A stretch of 64,000 bases of DNA from the NCBI GenBank assembly GCA_021324975.1, contig JAJPIA010000101.1, positions 81,301-145,300 of the forward strand. The letters run 5' to 3'. The notes beneath the pieces are model-generated. The model had not been told where the DNA came from. It saw only the letters and a list, made by a program, of their open reading frames with translations, and did no database searches. Source of the stretch: Bacillota bacterium. Its GTDB lineage: Bacteria > Sysuimicrobiota > Sysuimicrobiia > Sysuimicrobiales > Segetimicrobiaceae. The position numbers and the translations under genes are program-made. This document shows, piece by piece, positions 9,252 through 19,166 of this stretch; the first letter of the stretch is position 1; every line of letters begins with the position of its first letter.

Positions 9252-9516
9252 TGCGGATGGTGGCGCCGTTCAAGGCGGCGCGGGGAGCGGCCGGCTAGAT
9301 TGGCAAGGACAGGGGCGTCCCGGGAGGAACGGGGCGGACGGGGGTGGGCGACATGCCGTCTGGGCTTACGTCAGGGGTGGATCCGGCAAGCGCGGTGGGG
9401 GTGCTCCTGTGGTGCCTCATCCTGGCGGTCGCGATCGTGGCACGCCCCAGGCACGACGAAGCCGCATGGTCGCGCGGCAGCGCGCACGACCCCGACGACG
9501 AGCCGCGTTAGCGCGA

Positions 9517-10029
9517 TCAGCGCGGCAGCATCCGGACCATGAGGGCTTCCCGGAGGCCGGGGTCGGAGGGGTGCGGTTTGGTTCGCCCGGTCTCGGCGAA
9601 CCCCTGGCGCGCGTAGAGCGCCTTGGCCGCGCGGTTCGTGTCCGTGACCCATAGTTGGACGCAGCTGGCGCTGCGCTCACGGGCCCACGCCGTAACGGCT
9701 TCGACGAGCGCCGCTCCGACACCGCCCCGCCGCCGAGCCGGATCTACCCACATGGACGCCAGCCTTACGATGCTTGGATAGTCACGGTGCACGAATCCCC
9801 GAGCCATGCCGTACCACGTCTCGCCTTCCTCGGCGACGAACATCGTGTATGCTGCGCCGGCTGCATGCTCCCGGCAGACGCCGTCCCAAAACTCCTGCGG
9901 TTGCCCAAGCGCCTCCGCGTGCGTCCACCCAAAGGCCGCCGGGGCCTCGGCTAGCGCCCGCAGGCGGATCGCGCGAAGGCGCAGGCCTTCATCGGGACGG
10001 ACACGGCGGACTTGTACGGCGCTGCGCAT
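9517..10029 (-). CDS. GNAT family N-acetyltransferase
   Basis: SMWVDPARRRGGVG acetyl-CoA motif; N.AAKALY...GF. Confidence 0.88.
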   Translation of the reverse strand: MRSAVQVRRVRPDEGLRLRAIRLRALAEAPAAFGWTHAEALGQPQEFWDGVCREHAAGAAYTMFVAEEGETWYGMARGFVHRDYPSIVRLASMWVDPARRRGGVGAALVEAVTAWARERSASCVQLWVTDTNRAAKALYARQGFAETGRTKPHPSDPGLREALMVRMLPR

Positions 10030-10098
10030 GAGGCCTTGGTTCGGCTCGCCCCCACTCCGCCCTGCTGGGCAATTCGGAAACCCGGCTGGCAACACCCG

Positions 10099-10143
10099 AA
10101 AAAGAAAGAACGGCCCTCGGGGGGAGGAAAAGGGCCGCTCTCT
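10099..10143 (-). terminator. Intrinsic terminator with C-rich loop
   Basis: GAGCGGCCCT-TTTCCTCCCCCCG-AGGGCCGTTC followed by TTTCTTTTT. Confidence 0.7.
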
Positions 10144-10256
10144 CGCCTTGCTCGCTTGCATACATATTGTACCCGCGTGGGAACACGTCTAACAGTCCAT
10201 TCGCAAACCCAACCACCGAAAAACCCCGAAGGCCGACCGGCGCGGGCCTCGACAGG

Positions 10257-11405
10257 TCACGAGACCGTCCTGGCCGAGGAGCGCGGCCGCCTCTTCATTT
10301 CGTATAGCCGGTGATCCGCCGTCTCCAGGAGCCGTTCCGCGCTTGTTCCGTCTTCCGGCCACGCCGCCACGCCCCAACTGAATCGGACATCCAGATTGGC
10401 CCCCTGCCCGACATCGGCCGGAATGAGGTCGAAGGTTGCGAGCCGGCTCAGCATGACCGTGGCTTTGACGGCCGTGGTTTCGGGAAGCAGCAGCACAAAT
10501 TCGTCGCCGCCGTAGCGCGCCGCGAGATCGGTCTGCCGCAGGTAGCCCCGCAGGATCTTGCCGACGTGCGTCAGCACCTGGTCCCCGACCGTGTGGCCGT
10601 AGGCGTCGTTGATGCCCTTGAACCCGTCGAGATCGATGCTCACCACGCTCAGCGGGTCGGTAGATCGGGCGCAGCGTTGAAGCTCGGCGTGGAGCCTATC
10701 CAGCAGCCCGCGGCGGTTGGCCAGGCCGGTCAGCGCGTCGGTGGTCGCCGCTTCCTGCGCGCGCACGCGTTCCTCCATCTCGCGCTGGAGCGCGAGGCGC
10801 GCCTCCTCCGTCGTGGCGACGGAGTGGCGGTGGCTGTTGCACAGAAGCGTGGTAAAGATGGCCGTCGCGGTGACCGGCAGGGCGTGCGCGATCACCGCCA
10901 CGTCGTTGCGGCCGTATGAATAGACCCACGTCGGCGCCACATAGTTAAGGATCACGTGGTGCAGGGCCGTCAGCACCAGCACGAACCAGCCCAACCGCCA
11001 GTCGGAATAGACGGTGACCAGCGCCATGACCATGAAGAAGTGGAAGTGCATCTCGATCGATCCGCCGCTCATGAAGACGAACAGATACGAGTAGACCGTC
11101 AGCGCCGCGCTCATCAGGAGCCGCCACGCGTAGTGGTTGCGAAAGCTGTCCCGGAGGAGCGTGGGGACCGCCGCCGCGAGCAATCCGACCGCGGAGGACG
11201 TGAGCGCTTCCGTGGGGCTCAGCACGCGCCAGGAGAACGGGGACGGGAGTAGCACGCTCAGCTTGAGATAGGAGTTGGTACAAGCCATCAGCAGCGTGAA
11301 CCCGAAGTGCCACCACAGCAGCTTGAGCATGAATCGATCGATGCTGCGGTAGTTGAGCGCGGCCGCGTAGTTGCCGTTGATATCGGACGTCAGGTCCGGC
11401 TTCAT
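10257..11405 (-). CDS. Membrane-anchored diguanylate cyclase
   Basis: TM domain with EMHFHFF; DALTGLANRR, DLDGFK.IND.YGH, I-site RQTD, GGDEF. Confidence 0.93.
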   Translation of the reverse strand: MKPDLTSDINGNYAAALNYRSIDRFMLKLLWWHFGFTLLMACTNSYLKLSVLLPSPFSWRVLSPTEALTSSAVGLLAAAVPTLLRDSFRNHYAWRLLMSAALTVYSYLFVFMSGGSIEMHFHFFMVMALVTVYSDWRLGWFVLVLTALHHVILNYVAPTWVYSYGRNDVAVIAHALPVTATAIFTTLLCNSHRHSVATTEEARLALQREMEERVRAQEAATTDALTGLANRRGLLDRLHAELQRCARSTDPLSVVSIDLDGFKGINDAYGHTVGDQVLTHVGKILRGYLRQTDLAARYGGDEFVLLLPETTAVKATVMLSRLATFDLIPADVGQGANLDVRFSWGVAAWPEDGTSAERLLETADHRLYEMKRRPRSSARTVS

Positions 11406-11662
11406 TCACGGCCTCCCCGAAGGCTCCGGGCTAGGATACGACGCTGCGGTTGGAGGCCCGACGCGCCGGGCTGCGGAGCGTCTCCGGGTGCCGTGATCGT
11501 GCCCAAGGGAGACCGGCATTAGACGCGGGCGAATTCACAACACCTTCATGGGTCCTCCAAGAACCCTTCAACGCCCCCGGGTATCCTCGAAGTGTCGGCA
11601 TCGAGCCGGCGGAAGACCCCGACGCCGAGCTCTCTGCACGAACGATGGTGGAGGTGACTGGC

Positions 11663-12007
11663 ATGGCGATATTGGCGAAACGCTTCGCACGATTCGCGGT
11701 GCTTGGCGCGGCGTTTGTCGCGCTCAGCGGGCTGCCGGCATACGCGGGACAGCCGTCGGGAAACTACGAGGCGTGGGGAGGCTACCGGCAGGCCCAGACC
11801 GATTGCGCCGGCCCGTATGACCGGGGTGGTCCGCGAGGTTGGGCCTGCAACTCCGCCCACGGTGACCATCGGTGGAACGGCGGCGGCCCCTGGAACGGGG
11901 GCGTCTATCCCCCCGGGCAGGTGAACGGGATGTCCTGGCAGGACGCCGGATACTCGCCCGAAGAGGCCTGGGAGATCTGGAACTCGACGCCCAAGATCGG
12001 ATTCTAG
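11663..12007 (+). CDS. Small secreted Gly/Trp-rich protein
   Basis: RBS GGAGGT; signal peptide ending AYA; hairpin downstream. Confidence 0.65.
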   Translation: MAILAKRFARFAVLGAAFVALSGLPAYAGQPSGNYEAWGGYRQAQTDCAGPYDRGGPRGWACNSAHGDHRWNGGGPWNGGVYPPGQVNGMSWQDAGYSPEEAWEIWNSTPKIGF

Positions 12008-12019
12008 CCGGTCAACGCG

Positions 12020-12051
12020 GACGCCCGGAGCGCTAAGCTGCTCCGGGCGTC
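12020..12051 (+). terminator. GC-rich hairpin, probable terminator
   Basis: GACGCCCGGAGC / GCTCCGGGCGTC 12-bp stem after the stop. Confidence 0.5.
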
Positions 12052-12328
12052 TTCATGCCCGAACGGGTACTGCTCACGCTTTGTCCGCCGCTATCAGCCC
12101 GCAGCCCGCAGTAGCCCGGGCGCTTCCCCACGAAGACGCTCCGCCGCCTTCTCGGGAAGGCCTTGACTTCCGCGCGATGCCCCGCAACGGGCTGGGTAAA
12201 TCGCGTGCTTCGTGAGGAAATGCCGCCGCCGTCGCACCCGTTGGCAGCATTGGGAACTGTTGCCGGGCTCACGGCCGCCACGAGCCCGGTCGTCAAGGAT
12301 TCCGAATCCTGGGGCCGATCATGTCGAC

Positions 12329-13267
12329 ATGAATCCGCGCATCAGCTGGGTAGGGGCGTTCCACCTGGGCGTCATCTACATCGTGTGGGGCAGCACATAC
12401 CTCGGGATTCGCGTGGCGATCCTCGGCGGGTTTCCGCCTTTCATGCTCGGCGCGCTACGCGTGCTCCTGGCCGGAGGACTGCTGCTCCTGTGGGCCGCAT
12501 GGCGCGGGAGCCGGGTTCGCGTCTCCTGGGGGGAGGCGGGAATTCTGGCGCTCTCTGGGCTGCTCTTCTGGATCGGCGCGAACGGGTTGGTGATGTGGGC
12601 CGAGCAGCGGTCGGCCTCAGGCTACGCAGCGCTGCTCGCGGCGCTGTCGCCGGTGTGGGCAGCGATTCTCGAGGCGGCGCTGGACCGACGCGTCCCGTCC
12701 CGCCTCACCGTCCTCGCATTGGTCACGGGGTTTTGTGGGGTTGCGTTGCTGAGCATCCCGCAGCGCGCCGTTCCACAGTCGTCGAACCTATGGGCCACGC
12801 TCGCGCTCCTCCTCGCAGGGGCGTGCTGGGCGGCCGGGTCGGTGCTCCAACAGCGGAAGAGAGTGCAGGTGGAGCCCGCCGTGAGCTCGGGCTACCAGCA
12901 ACTGTTTGCCGGACTGGGGTTCGCTCTTATGGCTCTGGCTCTGCGGGAATCTGTGCCGCACATCACGGCGTCGGGCTGGGTGGCTTGGAGCTACCTCGTG
13001 GTGTTTGGTTCGCTCCTCGCGTTCACGTCGTATGTGCAGGTGTTGCGCCTGCTCCCTGTAAGCGTCGCCACGACCGCGGCGTACGTCAATCCCATGGTGG
13101 CCGTGTTCTTGGGCTGGCTGGTGCTTCGCGAGGGCGTGACGCCGTGGACGGTCGCCGGCTCGGCACTCGTGCTACTGGGGGTCGGCGGCGTGTTTCATGA
13201 CCGGGCGCAGCAGCTTCGGACGGCGCGCGCCACGGCGCCCCTTCGCCGCCGGGAAGCCGCGACGTGA
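12329..13267 (+). CDS. EamA/DMT family transporter
   Basis: YIVWGSTYL, PPF..GALR, YLVVFGS, AYVNP.VAV.LG. Confidence 0.92.
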   Translation: MNPRISWVGAFHLGVIYIVWGSTYLGIRVAILGGFPPFMLGALRVLLAGGLLLLWAAWRGSRVRVSWGEAGILALSGLLFWIGANGLVMWAEQRSASGYAALLAALSPVWAAILEAALDRRVPSRLTVLALVTGFCGVALLSIPQRAVPQSSNLWATLALLLAGACWAAGSVLQQRKRVQVEPAVSSGYQQLFAGLGFALMALALRESVPHITASGWVAWSYLVVFGSLLAFTSYVQVLRLLPVSVATTAAYVNPMVAVFLGWLVLREGVTPWTVAGSALVLLGVGGVFHDRAQQLRTARATAPLRRREAAT

Positions 13268-13327
13268 GTCACAGTATCAAAAGGCCTCTGCTCGTCCTTC
13301 TCCTCCCGAGGGGATGGGTCCATCCCC

Positions 13328-14548
13328 GTGGAACCACGAGACCCGATGCGCGCGCTCCGCGAGACCCTCGGAGGGGTGGCACGGGCTCTTCGCGCCAACG
13401 TTTGGTTTCCGCACGTGCCGCTCGCCGTCGCGCTGGCCGTGGCGGGCGCCCATCTGCTGTGGGTGACATTTGGCCCGGCGTGGCGCGAGTCCCGCGGGGG
13501 CGTCTCCCTCATCGTCTCCACATTCCGACCGGTCGATCTGCCCTACCTTTTGATCGGCGTGGGCATGGTCACGATGTCGGCGGGGCTGGTGACCCGCTCT
13601 CGCCTCGGCTGGGTCGTCGGCATCGTTCTCACACTGGCGACGATCCTCGTCGCGCTCAAGGTCGGTCACCCAGCCGCGGGCTATCTCACAGGGTACGACG
13701 GCGCGCTTCTTCTGGCATTGCTGCTCGCCTGGAGGACGTTTGACCGCAGCAGCCTCACGGCCGCGACGGTGTTCGCGCTCACCGGCGGCTTGTTGTTGAT
13801 CATCTACGCGACGTTCGGCAGTTTCTACCTCGGCAGTCAGTTCTCGCCGCCGATCAACACGCTGGTGGGCGCCTTCTACTACTCCGTGGTCACGATGACG
13901 ACGGTCGGTTACGGCGATATCGTCCCCAGGACGATCGAGGCACGCCTGTTCGCGGTCTCGATCATCATGCTGGGCGTCGCCGTGTTTGCGACGTCCCTGA
14001 GTGCCGTAGCCCGGCCGCTCGTGCGCGGCAGCATCGAACACATCATCCGGCGCCGGGAGGGGCAAATGAAACGGGAGAACCACTTCGTAGTGGTGGGCGC
14101 GACACCGCTTGCGTACAACACGTACCGGGAGCTCCGGCGGCGCCACCAGATCGTGACGCTGGTCCTGCCCGCACTCCCGGCCGGTGGCGAGTTCGAGGAC
14201 GCCGACGTTGTGGTTGGGGAGGCGGACAGCCTCGAGGTGCTCCGCCGCGCACACGCGGAGGCGGCGCAGGCGGTGCTGGCCATGAGCGACGATGACTCCG
14301 ACAACGCGTTCATTGTGCTTGCGGTGAAAGAGCTGCTGGGGCGCGCCCGGACCGTCGCCGCCGTCAACGACGGCAAGCATCTGGAGCGCGTCAAGCTCGC
14401 GCGGCCGGACATCGTGATCGCTCCGCAGGTCCTCGGGGGAGAGTTGTTGGCGATGGCCCTGACCGGCGAGCAGGTCAGCGGCGAGTTTGTCCTGGAGCGC
14501 ATTTTCCATGTCGAGGGCGGCGACCATCTGCCGAAGGCGCACCCGTAG
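13328..14548 (+). CDS. kch: Kch-like potassium channel with RCK domain
   Basis: Selectivity filter TMTTVGYGD; C-terminal RCK (HFVVVG, DDSDNAF). Confidence 0.88.
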   Translation: MEPRDPMRALRETLGGVARALRANVWFPHVPLAVALAVAGAHLLWVTFGPAWRESRGGVSLIVSTFRPVDLPYLLIGVGMVTMSAGLVTRSRLGWVVGIVLTLATILVALKVGHPAAGYLTGYDGALLLALLLAWRTFDRSSLTAATVFALTGGLLLIIYATFGSFYLGSQFSPPINTLVGAFYYSVVTMTTVGYGDIVPRTIEARLFAVSIIMLGVAVFATSLSAVARPLVRGSIEHIIRRREGQMKRENHFVVVGATPLAYNTYRELRRRHQIVTLVLPALPAGGEFEDADVVVGEADSLEVLRRAHAEAAQAVLAMSDDDSDNAFIVLAVKELLGRARTVAAVNDGKHLERVKLARPDIVIAPQVLGGELLAMALTGEQVSGEFVLERIFHVEGGDHLPKAHP

Positions 14549-14575
14549 CTCTTCGAGTGGCTGCCGTCCCGGATG

Positions 14576-14761
14576 CTAAGCCGGGCGAGGGCCATGGGTT
14601 AGGTCCGTCACCCACTTGAGCATTAGCCGGCACGCGTGCCGGTCGTGGAGGAACACCGCCGTACCCAGGAGATGCCACCCGGGGTCGTGGGCGATGAGAC
14701 GGGCCGACTCGTGCCCGGGTTGGTCCAGCCGACGCCAAAGGAGTACGTGATCGCTCATCAT
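14576..14761 (-). pseudogene. N-terminal fragment of a putative glycolipid-binding-domain protein
   Basis: LLWRRLDQPGHESARL...GW.L.GTAVF; resemblance lost after ~46 aa. Confidence 0.6.
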
Positions 14762-15541
14762 TCACCCGCTGGGCTTGCGCACCCACACCGCGGTCATCAT
14801 CCAGCATTGGGTCCAGTACTCGGCGTCGTCCAACAGCCGGTGGGCGCGCTCCAAGAGGTCCGCGTCCACGCATCCCGATCCCACGACCCTGTCACGCACC
14901 ATGTCGAAGAAGAGCTGGAAGTACCGCGCGCCGCGCTCCGTACCGCGGATGTGTTGCACGTCTGTCGCGGCCTGGGGATGCCCCCACCCCAGCCGCGAGA
15001 CCATGCCCGGGAGCCTTCGCCCGATGAGCCAATCGACATCCTGTGTGCGTCCCCACTCGATCAACCCTTGCCACGTTTTGCCCCAGGCCTCCGGCTCGGT
15101 GGTGGGGGCGAGGCTGAAGTCCGGCTCCTGGACAAACAGCACTCCGCCGTGTCTCAGGGCCGCGGCCATCTTCGCGAGCACTGTGGGGGCAAAGCTCGCA
15201 ATCTGATGGAGGAGAGCGCGGCACATCACCAAGTCGTATGTGTCCTCCGGCAGGTCAGCGGTCCGCGCATCCCCATCCCGTACGATGAGATTGCGCGCTG
15301 GGACAAGCCGGATCAGCCGGGTGTCCAGGTCGATCGAAGTTACGGACCCTCCCGGACCAACCTGCTCGCACAACCACTCCGTCACGCTACCGTTGCCGCC
15401 GCCGACCTCGAGGCAGTTCCACCCGCGAGTGACGCCCAGGGTCGTGAGGTAACGGCGGGTCCACGGATCCAGGATCTTTGACATCAAATCGAGGCGTTGG
15501 TACTCGATGATCGCCTCATTGCCCAAGATGTACCGTTTCAC
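14762..15541 (-). CDS. Class I SAM-dependent methyltransferase
   Basis: CLEVGGGNG; YDLVMCRALL; RBS GGGAGG before GTG. Confidence 0.9.
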   Translation of the reverse strand: MKRYILGNEAIIEYQRLDLMSKILDPWTRRYLTTLGVTRGWNCLEVGGGNGSVTEWLCEQVGPGGSVTSIDLDTRLIRLVPARNLIVRDGDARTADLPEDTYDLVMCRALLHQIASFAPTVLAKMAAALRHGGVLFVQEPDFSLAPTTEPEAWGKTWQGLIEWGRTQDVDWLIGRRLPGMVSRLGWGHPQAATDVQHIRGTERGARYFQLFFDMVRDRVVGSGCVDADLLERAHRLLDDAEYWTQCWMMTAVWVRKPSG

Positions 15542-15666
15542 CGTACCCTCCCAGTGTCGTGTGCTCGGGGCTTCGCACAGCGCACACCGCGACGACCGAA
15601 TCGGCGGGCAGACCCGGCCGTGCACATACGCAAGGACCGCAACAACGTGCTTGGGGCGCCGAGCCG

Positions 15667-16902
15667 TTAGTGCATCCGCGATAGGATCATCCGTAGCTCC
15701 GCGCCGGATGCCGGCTCCAACTGCTCCAACCTGGCAGCGTATGCGGACGCCCTCGATTTGTCCCCGCGGGTCATGTAGAGAATTCCGAGTTGATACAGCG
15801 CATTTTTGTGATCGGGTTTTACCCGCAGGACTTGCTCGTATTCCTCAATGGCTTGGTCGTAGAGCCCTTTCTCTTCGTACGCCGTCGCCAGATAGTACAG
15901 GATCTCCGCATCCTCGGGCGCATACTGCGCGGCCTTTTGGTACATGGCCAGCTGCCCGTCGTAGTCTCCACTTTCGTAGGCGATGCCGCCCAGCTGGAAG
16001 TACGCGTTCGGATAGTGAGGGTCGATTGCGATAGCCTCTCGGAAGTACCGCATGGCCTGATCATAGTTCTTCAGATTCTCGGCGAGGACGCCCTGAGAAT
16101 ACAGCGAGTCCGCGCTGTCCGCGCGTGCCTGCTTCTCTCGGCCGTTGATCACGGGCTTCAGGCGGTCGATCGGAATCGCGAACAGCGTCGAAATCTCCTT
16201 ACGGAGATCGGGCGGCACGACCGCGCTGGAGACGAATCCAAGGACGCGCCCATCCTCATCGAAGAGGCCTCCGTTCGGAATGGTCTGTGTCACCGGCGCC
16301 GTGATCTGGATGAGTGAATTGAGCGGCGGGCCAATCGGACGATCGGGCTCGCTGACGAACCCGGACGTGAACGTCGGCACGAACGTCGGCTGCGGGAACA
16401 GCACGAGGACTTGCTGGCGAGCCTTGATCGCTCCGGACGTCCCCAATCTTACAAAGGGGATCCCGGTCCCTCGAAATTGCAAGATCGTAAAGTCGTAGTC
16501 GCTGTAGCTTCGGATCGCCCCGGCCTGGGACCTCAATTCATAGAAAGCGCCGGTCGTGAGCCGAGCCTCCAACCCACCGTTCGTCACCACGTGCCGGTTG
16601 GTGATCAACGTTCCATCCGGCGAAATAAAGATGCCCACTCCCACCGCCGTCGGTTGATTGTTCCTGTCACGGGCCACAAGAATTGCGGTGGCATCGAGGA
16701 TTCGCCGCGTTGCCTCATCCAGGCGGTGTTCCGTCCACCAGCCGCGCACGGGCTCGGTGGCCAGGGCGCACAGAATCGCGAAGACCGTCGCAATGATAAC
16801 TTCGCGCCTGTGGCTCCGCTCGAGATGGAGGACGCGATCGACGACGTTCTGTATCCCACGAGCTATGATTGGCGGGAGTCTAAGCCTCCGCCCCCGACCC
16901 AT
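15667..16902 (-). CDS. Membrane-anchored trypsin-like domain plus TPR protein, catalytic Ser absent
   Basis: GVGIFISPDG.LITNRHVV; QITAPV..IPNGGLFDEDG; C-terminal TPRs. Confidence 0.8.
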   Translation of the reverse strand: MGRGRRLRLPPIIARGIQNVVDRVLHLERSHRREVIIATVFAILCALATEPVRGWWTEHRLDEATRRILDATAILVARDRNNQPTAVGVGIFISPDGTLITNRHVVTNGGLEARLTTGAFYELRSQAGAIRSYSDYDFTILQFRGTGIPFVRLGTSGAIKARQQVLVLFPQPTFVPTFTSGFVSEPDRPIGPPLNSLIQITAPVTQTIPNGGLFDEDGRVLGFVSSAVVPPDLRKEISTLFAIPIDRLKPVINGREKQARADSADSLYSQGVLAENLKNYDQAMRYFREAIAIDPHYPNAYFQLGGIAYESGDYDGQLAMYQKAAQYAPEDAEILYYLATAYEEKGLYDQAIEEYEQVLRVKPDHKNALYQLGILYMTRGDKSRASAYAARLEQLEPASGAELRMILSRMH

Positions 16903-17357
16903 CGAGCACCCCCCGGAGCGGCGCCGGTGCACGCATCGACGATGAGGTCGCCGCAAGCAAGATCACGGCGCGCCGCCGCCTTCAGAGACACAGTGACGAT
17001 TTGACCGGTGGGCGGCTTCGAGAGGCCGGAGAGACTTCCTTCTCTCACGCCCGCAAGTGCGGCAGGGGAAGCAACCTGGAGGTGCCTCGGAGGTGCTGAG
17101 CTCATTACCCAGCCGACAAATGTTCCGGGGTGAAGCGGGCGCTGCGCCGCATCCTCGATCCGGAGGAGTTCCTAGGTTCACATGGAATCCGCGCCGTGAG
17201 CCGGCGCCACGCAGAACAACGGTACGTGCCGCGCATCGACGGCATGGACTATGACGTGGCGTACGAACCGCAGGAATCGAGAGGGAGTGCTTAGGCCGCT
17301 CGGAGCGCTGATCCATGTCGGGGGAGAGCGCGCGTTGCTTGCGCGGTCGGCGTCATC

Positions 17358-19166
17358 GTGAACACGAGCATCCGCCACACCGTGGTCGCCGGCGGAATAA
17401 GCGGCCTGGTTGCCGGGCTCGTGCCCGCGCTGTCCCTTGACGTGAACAGTCCGGGGACGATGTCCGTCGGCCCGGCCGGGTGGGGTGCCGTGAGCGTCGC
17501 GCTCCAACTCGTGCTCGCCATGCTCGGCGGTGCGGGGTTCGGCGCGCTCGTTCGCGACCAACTGGATGGTCGTGCCGCCACCGCCGCGAGCGGCTTGTTG
17601 TATGGTCTGCTGTGGTGGATCGTGGGCCCCCTGACCGTCGCACCGATGGCCCACGGCCACATTCCCACCTGGTCGCTCCGCGACGCTACGGCGACGTTCC
17701 CCGCCCTCATCGCCTCTTTGTTCTACGGTGGCGTGTTGGGCGGCGTGCTTCCGCTGTTGACCGGCACGTTCGGGAACCCGCGCGCATCCGCGCGCTGCGA
17801 ACCCGTGGTTCGACCCGTGCGGCGCATCGTCATCCTCGGCGGGGGATTCGGCGGTGTGAGCGTGGCGCAGCGCCTCGAGTTCTTGCTCGCACGCGACCCA
17901 TCCGTTCAGATCACGATGGTGAGCCAGAGTAATTACCTCCTGTTCACGCCCATGCTGGCGGAGGTTGCGGCCAGCGGGCTCGAGCCGCAGCACATCAGCG
18001 CGCCCGTGAGAGCAGCATTCCTCCGGGTCGAGTTTCGCCACGCCGAGCTCGAAACGGTGAACGTAGCCGCGCGCCTCGTGAGAACGCGCGCCGCGGGCGC
18101 CGCGCGCATTGATGCCCTGCACTACGATCACCTCGTGCTTGCGCTCGGTGCCGTGCCGAACCTGCGTCGCGTGCCCGGGCTCGAAGCGCACGCGTTCACG
18201 CTGAAGTCGCTCGACGACGCCAACCGATTGCGCAATCACGTCATCGGCCTTCTCGAGCGTGCCGACGTCGAAGTCGATCCGCACGAACGGCGGCGCCAAC
18301 TCACATTCGTCGTGGTCGGCGGGGGGTTCGCCGGCGCCGAGATGATTGCCGAGTTACGCGACCTGGTTCACAGCGTCCGCCGCTTCTACCGGGGGATCGA
18401 CCCCGGTGCTCTGCGGTTCGTGCTCGTTCATTCGGGAGAACGCATCCTGCCCGAGCTCGGCTCGGCGCTGGCGGCATACGCGCGGCGCAAGATGGAAGCA
18501 CGGGGCATCGAGTTTCTGCTCGGTGCGCGGATGGCCGCGGCGCATTCCGACAGCGTCGTGTTGGCCGACGGCCGGACCGTGCCAACCCGGACGATCGTGT
18601 GGGCGGCAGGCAACCAGCCACACCCGCTGCTCCGGTCCCTGCCCGTCGAGCGCAGCCAAAGCGGCGCGGTGATCGTGGAGCCCACGCTGCAGGTCAAAGG
18701 GCTGCCCAATGTCTGGGCGGTGGGCGACTGCGCGCAGATCCCCGACGCGTTCCACGAAGGGAGTTCGTGTCCCCCCACGGCGCAGCACGCCGTTCGCGAG
18801 GGGATCGCCGTCGCCGAGAACATCGTCGCGGTGTTGCGCGGTATCGCACCGCGGCCGTTTCGTTTCCGGACGATCGCGACGCTGGTCGCGCTCGGCCATC
18901 GCACCGCGGTGGCGGACGTTCGCGGGTGGAGATTTTCCGGGTTCCTTGCGTGGGCGATGTGGCGAACGGTGTATTGGTGGAAGCTTCCTGGGCTCGAGAA
19001 GAAGATTCGAGTCGCGCTCGACTGGACGATCGATCTGTTCTTTCCAAGGGACGTCGCGCTCTTGACGGCCTCGCCCTCGGTGCCGCAGGGCCTTGATGCC
19101 CCTGAGCCGGGCCGGGGCGCGTCCAGCGTTCCGACCCCTGCGGCCCCGCCCCCGCCCGCAACATGA
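17358..19166 (+). CDS. Type II NADH dehydrogenase-like flavoprotein with N-terminal membrane module
   Basis: ILGGGFGG, FTPML.EVA, VVGGGFAG.E, WAVGDCA, PPTAQHA. Confidence 0.88.
   Translation: MNTSIRHTVVAGGISGLVAGLVPALSLDVNSPGTMSVGPAGWGAVSVALQLVLAMLGGAGFGALVRDQLDGRAATAASGLLYGLLWWIVGPLTVAPMAHGHIPTWSLRDATATFPALIASLFYGGVLGGVLPLLTGTFGNPRASARCEPVVRPVRRIVILGGGFGGVSVAQRLEFLLARDPSVQITMVSQSNYLLFTPMLAEVAASGLEPQHISAPVRAAFLRVEFRHAELETVNVAARLVRTRAAGAARIDALHYDHLVLALGAVPNLRRVPGLEAHAFTLKSLDDANRLRNHVIGLLERADVEVDPHERRRQLTFVVVGGGFAGAEMIAELRDLVHSVRRFYRGIDPGALRFVLVHSGERILPELGSALAAYARRKMEARGIEFLLGARMAAAHSDSVVLADGRTVPTRTIVWAAGNQPHPLLRSLPVERSQSGAVIVEPTLQVKGLPNVWAVGDCAQIPDAFHEGSSCPPTAQHAVREGIAVAENIVAVLRGIAPRPFRFRTIATLVALGHRTAVADVRGWRFSGFLAWAMWRTVYWWKLPGLEKKIRVALDWTIDLFFPRDVALLTASPSVPQGLDAPEPGRGASSVPTPAAPPPPAT

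Noticed and set aside
17020-17085. Glycine-riboswitch-like GGAGAGA...GAAGCAA
   Set aside because: Lacks the CCGAAG and CTCTCAGG core, and no glycine-related gene follows
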